Origin: Trichoplax sp. H2
Lineage: Eukaryota
Direction: 5' to 3'
NCBI GenBank assembly: GCA_003344405.1
Contig: NOWV01000013.1
Span: forward strand, 868,001-932,000
Length of the DNA: 64,000 bases
The position numbers were made by a program, and so were the translations under genes. Of this stretch, positions 19,160 through 32,309 are shown piece by piece (the stretch's first letter is position 1; each line of letters begins with the position of its first letter). The notes beneath the pieces were generated by a model. The model was not told the DNA's origin. It was given only the letters and a program-made list of their open reading frames with translations, and did not search any database.

Positions 19160-20900
19160 TATCTGCTATCCTTAATATTGTCGGGTAAGTCGGATCATGG
19201 ATTACCGTTAGTAATATTTAGTAGTCTAGATGAGTCTAAATTTATTGATCAGCTGATTTCAACGTTTCCATTTTAATATGGATAGGATCTAAAAAAATGG
19301 CATCAATATATCTCTTAATATTACTGTAAACATATATCGAAAGTTAAGGCGTTAAGAGCTATAACTTACTTTCAACAACATGATCGAGTAGGTCAGATCA
19401 TAGATTACCGTTATCGTTATTAGCATTTGATATTGTGGATTACTCTACGTCTATCGATCAGATGTCAGTATTTCTATTTCAGCTTAGACAAAATTTAGAA
19501 AAAAATGACATTGATTCATGCCTTGATATAACTCTAGATAGATATTGAAATGGATACGTTGAGAGCTGTAGCTTGCTGTCATCAACATTATAGGGTAGAT
19601 CACATCGTGGGTGGCCGTTATCGTTATTAGCATTTGACATTGTAGATTGCTCTACGTCTATCGATCAGATGTCAATACTTCTATTTCAATATCGATAAAA
19701 TGTAGAAAAAATGACAGAAGTTCGTGTCATGATATTTCTCTAGACCGAATATTGAAAGTTGAATATGTTGAGGGCTGTAACTTGCTATTACCAATGTTAT
19801 CGCGTAGGTCAGATCACAGATTACCGTTATCGTTATTAGTATTCGATATTGTGAATAAGTGCACGCCTATCGATCAGATGTCAGTATTTCGGTTTCAATA
19901 TGGACAAAATTTAGAAAAAATAACATTAGTTCTTCTCTTGATATGACTCTAGACAGATATAGAAAATTAATGTGTTTTAACGGATACGTTAAGAGCTGTA
20001 GCTTGCTATCATCAACATGATCGGATAGATTAGATTATGATTATTGGTTACCATCACGACTACTTTTGGCATTTGATATTCATAGATTGCACAATATGTA
20101 TCGATCAAATGCCAATATTTTAATTCCAATATCGATAGAATTAAAAAAATGACTTTGGTTTAGCTCTTGATATTACTGTTGACAAATATTGAAAATTAAT
20201 ACGTTGAGAGTTGTAATTTACTACCATCATTATCGGGTTGGGCAGATTCGATAAAAAGTTATCGTTATCGTCTTTATTAGTGTTTGATATTGTGGATTAC
20301 TACATTTATTGATCAGATTTCAAAGTTTCCAATTCAATTAATATCGATAGAATTTTTTTAAAATGATATTAGTATGCTTATTGATATTGTCGTAGGGCAA
20401 ACATCGACTATAAATATATTGTCAGCTTTAGCTTGCTATCATCAATATAGAGTAGGCTAAATCATTGATAACCGTTATTATCGCGATTGGCATTTTATCT
20501 AATGGATTCTTCTACGTTTACCAATCCGTTAATTTAAATATTTCAGTATGAACATCCATAGAGTTAAAAATTAGGATATGAATTTATCCTTAATATTATT
20601 ATAGATAGACATCGTACATGAATGCCTTAACCTCTGTACAGCTCGCTATCATCAGCATAATCGAGTGGGTTAGATTATTGATTACTATTATATCCGCTAT
20701 TGATTTAGTGGTAAGGAATATTCTATACCTGTCGACCAAATAATTTAAATGTTTGAATCTTAACATCTACAGAGTCTAGGGTAAAATTAAATTAAAATCA
20801 TCTCTTAATGCTACCAAAGGCAAAAGTCCAAATGAACATGTTGAGAGTAGCAGCTTATTATTAACATTACTGAGCAACTCTGATTATTGACTACTGTTGA
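19160..20900. repeat. Degenerate ~210-bp tandem repeat (~8 units), same family as 7230-8130
   Basis: ggtcagatca-like motif near 19190, 19391, 19597, 19807, 20030, 20240, 20455 and 20668, with the shared tctatcgatcagatgtca and gttgagagctgta blocks. Confidence 0.85.
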
Positions 20901-21990
20901 TTTTAATAAATGTTATGGATTAATCTACCCATATCATCCATAGATCAATATCAAAATGGCACTTAATTTTAACAAATTATACAGACGAAGGACATTCTAG
21001 TAAATTAACCATTATCGTATTGTTAGGCCAAATTTTCGATCTTATCATGACGTTTAATTTTATACGTCAAGACGATTTGCATGGTTATCTGACGTGGTCA
21101 ACTTTTTCTCACTGACTTGATTGAGCTAGGTCATCAACCTATTCATTTATTAATCCATTTTAAAGTCTAGACATTCAATTTATGTCAATCCCGAAATTAC
21201 GAGTATGATCATCGCTTCATGTCAACATTTGGATGCATGTATTGTAGGGCAATAGACAGTTGAATTCACAATTTTTTTCCTGTTTCCTTCATAGGGCTAT
21301 AAGATAAAAAACTAGTCTATTAACTGTCGTTTTTATTAACTGTAAATTTAGACTTTGGACTTAATGTAAACTCAATCAGTGTGTCAGTAAAATATTTTCA
21401 TGCTATTTTAATATTCTCCCTTGATAGTCATGAAGCACCCCTTCAAAAGTCTTAATCGTTATCCTCATTATTCTATTAGAAAATCGTAGTATTCCATAAT
21501 TAATTTCTTGATTGATATAGTAAAATGCAGGTAAAATGATGAGCAACTCCTATCAATAATAATAACGGGCAATATTTCAAAATTGAGCGTAAGAATTTTC
21601 TATATTTTATAGCTGTATAGTAAGTAAGAATAATATGCCGTTAATTTCATTTGAGGGATTGCCTAAATACGCTACATTATATACAATACATTAAATGGAA
21701 TTAGCAAAATAATCATAAACTATACTTGCAATCAATTTTAAGACTAGCCATAGTACCTTATCTCGGGATCAAATTAATTTTGACTGTATTATGGAAGTAA
21801 ACTCATGTCAAATTAATTACAGCCTGCTCTTTCCAAAATTATTTTTACTAGGTTTTCACCGCATTGAACAATTTTAATTAATTCGCTATCAGTAATCCTT
21901 AATCTATTCATTTAGATATCCATCTATCAACTAATACTATAAAGTCTATCTAGCAACAATTTTCGCCCACTACATTCAAAAATTACAAAT

Positions 21991-24900
21991 ATGCCAATCG
22001 AAAACAAAGTTATCGAAAATCTTGCAAGTTCATTGATTAGAGAATATCTCAGTAGAAAGGTACAACAGGAATTAATGTGTGATCTACTTCATAAGAATAA
22101 TTTCTGAACTAATAATGGTATAACATCATACTCTTTTATTTATAGAATACAATGTAAAAATAATTGTTATACCGTCCTTATTATTCTTCTTATTATAGCA
22201 AATTTTATCACTAACTTGTATAGTAAAAGTACGACAATGTTTTTCGTTGCACTGATTTGTTAGCGCTTACGATAATAATCTATTGTACGTAGGGACTAAA
22301 AGAAACTCTTAAAACTATGGATGCTGAGCTTCCCAGGCAGGAACTCAGGTAAATTAAAACTATCGCTTACGAATTAAATTATTCTTATATATATCATTAA
22401 TAACAATAACAGTAGTATCTTGGTCAGTAAACAAGGTTAAAAATCTAATCAGTAATTTTGTTAAAATCATATATCATAAATTTCTTTTTTTAATTGTGAA
22501 TAATTGATGCCCTAATTCCATTCCAGTATAAATAATCGGATTACCCTTGCAAGAGAAATGCATCTTGAGGGACTACTGAAGAAAAACAAGGTTTATTTTT
22601 GTTATATGGGCGAATTCTTGAAAGATTTATCTAATAATATAATCGATGTATTGGTAAAACGTCTAGCAATACCTATTGTTAATAATTATTACTTAATTTT
22701 ATGCTTATAAGTGCCAGGAGCAGCCATTATCTACCATGATTGAAGTTATTGTTAAGCATATCAAAGAAACCAGTAGACCTAGGACTAGGAGCTCTGGAAG
22801 AAGCCTTAGCTTCTCGGAAGACAAAGTAATATTTATTTGCGTCCTATTAATCTTGATAAATTCAATCTAATTACAGAACAAAGAATGCTATAAAATTATT
22901 GACGATCTTACTCTAACATTTCGTATTGAACTTTTAGACGCTTGAGAAACAATTCAGTAACTCTCGTGCTGTCTCTATTGATCAATTAATCTATCGAGAA
23001 CATAACAAGAGTCAAATTAATGATAGTAAAAATGTTATAGAGACCATCACAGCTGAAAATTTAGAAAATGAAGTTTTTACTAAAGTAACAAAACCTGTAA
23101 TTGACGATAGCACTAGCAATAATGGAAATGTCGACAATGATATAGAAACTATCGAATTAGAAGGTATGAATTATTAAATTTGTAAAGAAGTGTGGGATCA
23201 GTTTGAGACTTTTGCATTCTAAACAGCTTAATTAACTGTTCTACTAGATCAACTAGAGCATAGTTCTCCAACACTATCACCGAGAATACAACAGCAGCAC
23301 GATTCAACTCGACAAACTCCGATTACCTTGAATATTGCAACAGCATTGAAAGAAATCATTTTTGGTAAAGGTACAGGCTTATTTAATTACGAATGGAGAA
23401 TTCAAAGCTTTCTATTTAGCGATGTCGAGGGTATTCAATATGGTATAGTGCAGAAAAAGGTATACGCGTATCTTAAATTTTAGATTTTAATTTATTACGA
23501 GTATTGATGGTGCATAAAATAATCACGACTTTAAACAAATATTAGCTCTAAAAAATTAAAGAGTATGGATTTTTAATATCATATGACGATAATGGTTATA
23601 TTATAGGGTGGCCCATGTGGAATCTTAGCTGCTTTGCAAGCATTTTTTTTGAAGCATCTCCTTTTCACAAATCCTGAAAATCAAAATATAGCTAAAAGGT
23701 TATAAAATTAATAAGGTGTAAATAACCATAAAATAAATAATACTATCATCTACTTTTCTAGTGCATCACATAATTTGTCAGAGCCTGTTTTACTTATTGC
23801 TTCAAGCTATATCTATCTCTTAGATCTACAGAAAAAGTCTTGGAACAAGACTGTTACAGTTACTATTAGAAATAATATACAGTGTTTAATATTTCTCTTG
23901 ATGTGTCTCGAATTTTGATTCAATCGTCTTCATAACTCTGAATTGAAATATTCGTACTATTTTCTGTAATTATTGTTCAAGCATGAATATAGCTTATGGC
24001 AGTTACTAATTTAGCATTTGATAATTTCTTTTATAGTCAAATCGCTAACGTAACTGAAAGTATGCAACAAGAGAGTCTTGTACTTGCTATAGCTGAAACC
24101 CTTTGGAAAGCTGGCAACTGCCGACGATCCGTTGTAGCGCTGTAAGTTACTGAAATATACTGTACAAAATCGATAAATTCGTTAGAAAAATCATACTATT
24201 GCATATGGTTATAGCTAACTTTTCATTAATTTCATTGTCAAGTATTATTGTATGTGTCTAGCAACAAATTCTTAATTTGATTAAATGGGATACTATAGGC
24301 AGATAAAATTATTAAAGTAGATGTTACTATAGAACTTTTACAGTTGTTATGTAAATGTCTTGCATCTCAATCAAACTTGTGATATTTTTGCCTCAGCGCT
24401 TGCATCTGATAAATAAGAATCGCATTTGCTTGAGGGCATTTTAAATTTTTATAATTAACAACTACACGTTGCTATAGCTAAATACTTGGAATATTACAGG
24501 TTACAAAGCTCAGTCCATTTTAAAGGCAATTCCCAGTTTCGCCTTGATCAGTTAACTGAAAAGGTAGTTATGTGAATATGTTATTTAGATTTGTTATACA
24601 TACTGCTTAGATATCAAAAAATTTTTACACGACTTCCGTTTTATTTAAAATTGTTATTTCAGTTAACACTGCATACTGTCATATCGCTGGAGTCCTTACG
24701 CAAATTAATCCAAGAAAATCTTTCCCAGGTTTTTAACTAGTGATGCAATTAATTTCCATCCTATATCGCTAATTCTTACTTAATATATAATGTTAACTAA
24801 TAGAGAAAGTGTGTTGTTTGAAGTCAATCTCAATCTTAATCTTTCTACCACCATTGTTTTTCATACTGTAGTTTCAAAATCCAAAAGGAAATGGATGCAT

Positions 24901-26430
24901 ACTGTATTTGTATTCCTTGATATTAAGCAGAACAGTGGAAGGGTAGGCTTAAACCCTTATATCGTTGACATTCTTTCTTATTAACCAATAAATGACTTTC
25001 CAATTATCACAAAGAAAAAATCGATTCCATATGCTTATTTATTCTTCCTAGAGTTAAGGAAGATATGGATGACCCAAACTGCAAATTAATGGGCGCCTAC
25101 AACTATTGCTCGCAGGTATATAAGAATTTACTAGCCCTATTTTACATTACGATGAAAACTATAATATCATGTAATTTAGTCATTTTCAAATATAATGGAA
25201 GTTATTTATATCTTGACATAGCTATGAAATACCAAACTATGATTTATTTAAAAATTACACACTGTATAGCTTCTGCTCTTCGCTTATTGATCTATCTTAT
25301 ACCATTACCCAATGTTGGGTCATCTTTACCTTAATGATCAAAATAATATACTGATTCATGCTCTTGTTAGGAAATTGTCAACCTAATCGTTACTGGTAAA
25401 GCAACTTCAAATACCTTTGATGGCATTATTGAATTAACGGGGAATGAAGGAGATAAGGTTATTCTTAGAAAGCGAGCTAAAATATGTATACGAAGCAGTA
25501 ACAGTATACTCTATTTTATATGTCCTAAATTTTTGATTTTGCATTGGTGAAGTGTCAACTAACTGGACTAAAATCACAAAGTCAGATTGGATTACTATCA
25601 TTATTAGAACATTACGAATCGTGCAAGGTATAATTATGTTAAATATATTCTGCTGTATATTTGCATCGTATAATGACGGTCATTAATAAATATTTTAATT
25701 CATAGGTCGGAAATTATTTTAAATCGCCTGAGTATCCAATATGGGTAGTTTATAGTGAAAGTCATTATAGTGTTGTTTTCTCATTAAACAGAAAAATACT
25801 CGATCTCAGGTAGAGTTTAATAATCAAGTTCTACTTTAAGAACTAATAGTTTTCCGATGGATTAGTTTAATTGATTCACTATCTTAGTGCAGTGAATTGT
25901 AACACTATTCCATTGGATAATATGCAGTGATGTACCGAAAACTTTTGACCTTTATTACTACGATGGTCTGGGAAATCAAGATGAAGAAATCAGGCTGACT
26001 GTGGGTTAGTAATAGTACCACTAGTTAGGAATAACATTCTAATTTTTGGTGATTAATCTTGCTATTGAATTCTAACCTCAAGATCCATATCAGCAAGTTA
26101 CGGTCAATGAAAAGGATCTCATCCCACCGTTAGATTTATGTATTAGGACGAGGTATATAGAGCAAATTTTTTTATAGATCTATCACTTACTATTTTTTAG
26201 CGTCTTATCTTGTCTTAGCCTTTATACTCTTAACGCTTAATCAATTATGAAATAAATCTTTGACGTATTAGGATGTAATTTACGGTTTTATTGAAGCCAA
26301 TACTTCACACAAAATTTTAATATCTGCAAAATATGCTAAGAAAAATTAATATTATAACATTCTCTACTAATATCATTTCAGATGGCCAGGAGCTGCAGTA
26401 AATTGGAACGATACAGAGCCCCTGTTATAA
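21991..26430 (+). CDS. MINDY4: Probable ubiquitin carboxyl-terminal hydrolase MINDY-4 (FAM188B), multi-exon
   Basis: Exon 1 21991-22059 MPIENKVIENLASSLIREYLSRK, exon 2 from 22293 GLKETLKTMDAELPR, then SINNRITLAREMHL, resembling the MINDY4 N-terminus. Catalytic region YGIVQKK|GGPCGILAALQAF (~23440-23650), YCSQ|EIVNLIVTGKATSNTFDG, PIWVVYSESHYSV, FDLYYYDGLGNQ, and C-terminal WPGAAVNWNDTEPLL* ending TAA 26428-26430. Confidence 0.9.
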
Positions 26431-28035
26431 ATAGCATCGTAGGCATGATCCCTTTCTACTTTTCAATCATATCATAATTATCGATAGGTGCTCTTCTATG
26501 AATTAATGTGGATATTTACCTTCAGTTATCAGATGTTATCACTAAAACCACTTTTATACATACCTATCAAATAATCTTAAATCTTGTAACCTTGTATAAT
26601 TAATTCTTGAATGAATACCGCCGAATGCATCGATCAACTATCATCTAAGATACTATAGAGCTAAAATAACCATTTAAGAATTGCAGCTAGTTCAAATTTA
26701 TTGAATGAACAATCGCTTTAAGATATACTATTATCCTGAAATTTTATTGAATGTTCTTGAATCTCTACAATGTTTATTATGCCTTCTATTTTCTTACCAA
26801 GTCATAGGGCCTAATATACTTTTATTGCTATATGTGTTATCACCCTAGAATTGCAGTACTATGTACAGTTTAACTCTCTACAGTAAAGTGAGATCTATTC
26901 TATACACATTAATTAATATTATCTGGCAAAATTATACGATTTCAATACCAACTTACTCAAGAAAATGGCATGAACATTTTCAAGATTTTTCGTTTACCTC
27001 GCATAGTAAAGATGCGGCATCCTCAAATCTAATGTATAATTTATGTATTGCAATGATTAGTATTAATCTTATGTCATTGTAATCTTAATTGTAGAGTAAT
27101 TGTATTATTTATAAAACAATTCTCCAATAAACTACCGATATCCCATTAAGTCTGCTTTCGTAGATTAAGAAATGGATTTCGTTTCATGGATGATGCCTAG
27201 AAAGAATCGCCTTATCTATCGTATTTATTATTCGGACTCAGTTAAATATAGCAAATAATTTATCACGAACGCTACAGTACAATAGAATAGATTAATTAAT
27301 TGATTATCACTAGAATTAGAATACCCTAACCAAATCATTATACCTGATTAATTAACTAAATATTCCTCTTCATTATTGTCAGTTGTTAGTTATAGTAAAA
27401 GGCAAACTTCACTCAGATGAATAAGGTTTTGATTATGACATAGCTCAGCTTTATAAGCTGTTTGTTTGCCATATAATTAATGCAATCGAGTTTGGTTATG
27501 CTTGTACTGATACTAGCATAAAAAAATCGATTTTACTAATAATAGGTATGGTTATAAATAAAAAGAGATCGAATTAATTTAGAGTACATTTGTCTGCAAT
27601 GTAGTGTTTTACTATATATCACAGTACTACAGGATAATGATTAGTATTATCCTATTCTGAAGATTAGTCCAATGTGGCTCGAGATCAATCTTGATACTGG
27701 GCAATTACCATAGGCGATTGATTTTAGTGCCGCCTTGCAGCATAAGTAGGTATCCGGTCGAACTGCAAGGCTGCAAGGATAGCTAACCAACCACAAGGTC
27801 AGCTTAACAGACAGTAGAAGTACTTAAATCATCTCAGAACTAAGTGCGCGTATACTGTTCAGTACATTGTTTATTGATCGATAAGTATAAGATTATGAAT
27901 AATTAATGAATAAATTATAGGTATAATATCGTAGTATTATTGTTATTAAAATCACTATCTACGACAGAGATAAAGCTGAGTGAAAAACTTCCAAATAGTC
28001 GGTCGTATTTTAACGGACTTGTATCGCTGCTTAAC

Positions 28036-28055
28036 NNNNNNNNNNNNNNNNNNNN
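28036..28055. other. Assembly gap (20 N) with a near-identical ~250-bp block on each side
   Basis: N run. Sequence ~27789-28035 is repeated at ~28227-28479. Confidence 0.95.
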
Positions 28056-28554
28056 TTTGAAGTAAATTCGAATTGAAAGCAAATGAATCATTGTACAAAA
28101 TTCAGGTAATATCGAATTAATGCAGTAATCTTAAATGTACTATAACTGGCTAATGCTGTATATAGTAATACATCGTATTAAACATACAATCTAGTAAATC
28201 TAGCGTAGGATACCCGTATGATACCAAACCATAAGGTCAGCTTAACAGACAGTAGAAGTACTTAAATCATCTCAGATCTAAGTGCGCATCTACTGTACTG
28301 TCGATATACATTATTTATTGATCGATAAGTATAAGATTATGAATAATTAACGAATAAATTACAGGTATAATATCGTAGTATTATTGTTATTAAAATCACT
28401 ATCTACGACAGAGATAAAGCTGAGTGAAAAACTTCCAAATAGTCGGTCGTATTTTAACGGACTTGTATCGCTGCTTAACAGCTTGGGAACGACTTTAGGC
28501 TATCGAGATTTGGTAACTTCTTCAATCTACTTATGTTCCAATTGAGCTGTAACG

Positions 28555-30487
28555 ATGGAACCTGCTGCTACAATTTTTATTGCTGGTAATGTTGTATTTG
28601 TTATAGTGTACTTATATTACATGTTCAACAGAAAGTCTAAAATAGCCAACATCGACGAGAAATATGTGCTTATAACTGGTTGTGATAGTGGATTTGGACG
28701 AGCAATAGCTGAAAGATTAGATCAAGTGGGTGTCAATGTATTCGCTGCATGCTTAACAGACTCAGCTGTTAACGAATTAAAGGTTCATTCTAAGAAGATG
28801 ATTCCATTCGTACTCGATGTTACAAATAGCGAACAAATTAAAAATACAGTGGCTCTAGTAAAAAAGAAGTTACCAGATGGAAAAGGATTATGGGGCCTTG
28901 TTAATAATGCTGGAATCGCAGATTCAGGATTTATCGAATGGTTACCGATGGAGACATTTCGTAAAGTCGCTGATGTAAATTTATTTGGCTTAATCGAGGT
29001 TACATGCCAGTTTCTACCGTTAATCAAGAAAGAGAAAGGTCGAGTAGTAAACATGGCAAGCTTGGCTGGTATCCAAGCACCACCAGTTGCAGCGCCATAT
29101 AGTATCTCGAAATTTGGATTAGTAGCATTTACTAATACATTAAGATTTGAGATGTTAGCATTTGGTGTTAGGGTCTGTTGTATTTGTCCAACATTCTTTC
29201 GGACAAACATTCTCGATACTGAAAAGTTAGTAACTGGAATGAATACCCTATTCGAAGCTGTAAATGACGAAGTAAAAGAAAGTTATAAAGATGTTCCAGA
29301 GAAAGGTAAGTGTACGAATATCGATAACGGTTATATATTATTCATGCTGATGCTAAACTACTATGATGATGTATATATATAAATCACACGTATAATGTGA
29401 TGGTAGATACTATAGATTATTGCTATCAACGTAATAGATGAGTAATACTGTACTATACGATTAAATGCAAGGAAATACGCTCGATAGAAGGTACAATAAT
29501 AAAAGCTCGTGTCGATAAAAATCTCAGTCGATAGTGATGGTAATTGGATTACAATTAATTGGCAGTTTATTACTGAGAAAGATAAACTGAAGAAGTAATT
29601 AAAGAAAACATCTGTGTATACTATAAACTATAATAGATATAAGCAACGTCAATCATATTACAGAGATTTAACTCTATCTATAGTAATATACTAACATTAG
29701 CAACCATTTAAATCAGTCGGTGTAGTTAACATTGAGGACATCAACACCATAGTCTCCTGTAGTTAATGCTTGATAATGTAGTTTTTGATGTAATATCATA
29801 GTGTAGCGGATGTCGTATACTACAGCGGTAATATCTTATCGAATGCTCTATATTATATCAATTTAGTATACTGTGCAGTCGAAGAATAAGTTACTTAACT
29901 TTACTTTACTTCATTGCCTCTATCTCAAGTGCAATGCAAAGACAATTTTCTGTAGTCATTAGATTATGTTCAATTCTACCTGTACGCATTATTTATAAGT
30001 TTATACATAGAATATTGTAGTGATTGGGTTTTACAACCTCTTAGGTTAGCAATCGTTCAACTCAAAATCTGAATTATTAAAATTGAGCAATCCTTGACTT
30101 GACTCAAGATTATAAGCATGGTAGACCATTTTACTTCTCAATGCTACCGTACTTCAATTACTACTGTAATTAGCTGAAACTACTACAAATGTATATGTTC
30201 GGCGTATACTCTGTGCTACGAATTACGTCTTTTAAATTAATTCAAATATCTTTTGCGTAATAGTTATCACAAATTTAAGAAATATCGCTGGTGAGGCTCC
30301 TGTTGATCTGAATCCAGTGGTAAATGTAGTTGAAGATGCATTAATTAGTACGAAGCCGAAGAATTACTACTTCGTAGGAAAACAGTCTATATTATTTCGA
30401 ATTATCGCTAGTTGCCCAACTGAGCTATCTGATTGGTTATTTGCTAAGGTGAATCCTATCTTTAGGCCGAGCATGATATCTAGTTAA
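28555..30487 (+). CDS. Retinol dehydrogenase / 17-beta-HSD6-like short-chain dehydrogenase (SDR9C-like), paralogue 1, 2 exons, 324 aa
   Basis: Exon 1 28555-29305 (donor AG|gtaag) and exon 2 30264-30487, in frame. N-terminal hydrophobic anchor, TGCDSGFG, GLWGLVNNAG and YSISK. Confidence 0.92.
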
Positions 30488-32066
30488 TTGGATATTTGTG
30501 CTGGACAAGTTATATTATATAGACTAGAAATATTATACAGAGTGATTGTCTTAGTCTTGACTTAGATATTACAATAGAAACGTGTTACTTAAAATGGCTA
30601 CAGTATCTAATTACTACATCTTATAAATGTCGTATAAACGAATATAAATGTACTTAGATGTATTTACAATAAGTATTAATGAGCACATGAAATATTATAT
30701 TAAATTAAATTGTTTTGTGACTTTTTATTTTCTCATATGCTACATTCTTATGGCTATAATCAAGTTTTATAAATCTTCATGTACGTGTGACTTTAGATAT
30801 GCCTTATACGCTTGTTTAAGAAAAATTATAAACTGCTTTATTCTATCAACTACTTGGGCTGTAATCAAGTTTTATAATAAATTATATAATTAAAGAGTAA
30901 TATACAGGTATTAAGCAAGATTATTTTTCCGAATCGTTGTAATATATTTACATAATCAGTAAAATTGCAACTGTATTAACTGCAATACTGCATTAAGGTC
31001 ATGCCACTATGGTCACTATTACCAAGTTGTCAACGCCTAAATTATTGTTTAAATCTTACGAATTTATTACCTTCATGTAATCATAGGCTAGCTAAAGAGT
31101 ACTTCCAAAGGCTAAAATTATTGTTTATATCTTGTGAATTGATTACCTTTATTTACATCAACCTATCCAATACAAAATTATACTTTCAGTAGTATGAATT
31201 TGATCTTTACCTTCTGTATGACTATTGCTAGTAAAATGGAGATTTTTTTTCGCCATAAAGAAATGAGGGAAATTCACAGGATCACTCCTACACAGAAAAG
31301 TTTTAAGGTTCGGACAGTACTTCTGATCAGTCAAGTCACCTAGTGACATTTATGTAGGGTTACACTAGGTACAGTATTACCGTCAATATCTCGACTACGA
31401 ATTATAACTTCGGAGCAGCTACTTTTACCGATGAAACTCACATTACGTAATTGCCCCTCTTTTATTACGTATGATGGATGATCTGAATATAGATTATATG
31501 TTTGTAGCAATTCAACATTCGATCGTAATCGAGGATTGGCCAACTTTCAGGCTGACTATAATACATATACGCGTATACTACTATTATTATTAATATCTAA
31601 TAGTCTATGGGATATAAATACATGGGGAACGTTTAGTAGTCCATAGTGCAGGTAGAACATATTTATTGACCCACTGGTGTACAAGGACCACCTGTATGAT
31701 TGTTCTTCTAACTACTGCAGTCGAACCACCTGCACTATAATAATTGAGTCAATTTACTGTATTCTACAGTCTGTATATTACGTGTGGAGTTATATTAGCT
31801 AGTAGAATCCACGCTCGTTCTATTTTGTGTACTGTATGCAGTCTGTAAATAATTAATTAGTACTAATATCAGTCTCTGCTTTTTACTTTATAATTTAGTA
31901 CTTGCATTTTAACCTATCGCTTTACCGGCAATGTCTTACTATTCTGCTTACAGGTGCAATACAATACAGATATGTATTATCATATCCTCGTTTTATGCAA
32001 TATATGTTGCTGAGTTAATGTACTGTACAATGAGTGTACATTAATTATAGTACACGCCAAGAATAA

Positions 32067-32224
32067 CCAGGAACTACTCCACTAAAAATTCTCCTCTCAA
32101 AGCCGTAACTAGAATATTTCCCCTGTACTTTTAGTACAGGGGACCGGCAACGAATCGACAGTATCAACAATGTATTTTTTAGTTACGGCTTTGAGGGGAG
32201 AATTTTTAGTTGAGTAGTCCCTAG
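32067..32224. mobile_element. MITE-like foldback element (~158 bp)
   Basis: ~45-bp imperfect terminal inverted repeats (ctactccactaaaaattctcctctcaaagccgtaacta vs tagttacggctttgaggggagaatttttagttgagtag) and an internal 11-bp perfect hairpin at 32119-32143. Target-site duplication is ambiguous. Confidence 0.75.
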
Positions 32225-32309
32225 TATAACGAGCGAGAGGTCTACTAGTATTTAATGAATGCACGGTGGTAGACATGCTGAGAATGTAAACGGAATTAAG
32301 GAATAGGTT

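Noticed and set aside
28785..29210. 141-aa minus-strand ORF
   Set aside because: Antisense shadow of the SDR exon. The ORFs at 45352-45669 and 56381-56590 are likewise shadows of PNKD and LOX exons.
31158..31543. Two adjacent minus-strand ORFs (67 and 63 aa) that might be a frameshifted gene fragment
   Set aside because: No recognisable motif or splice context. It needs a database search before any call.
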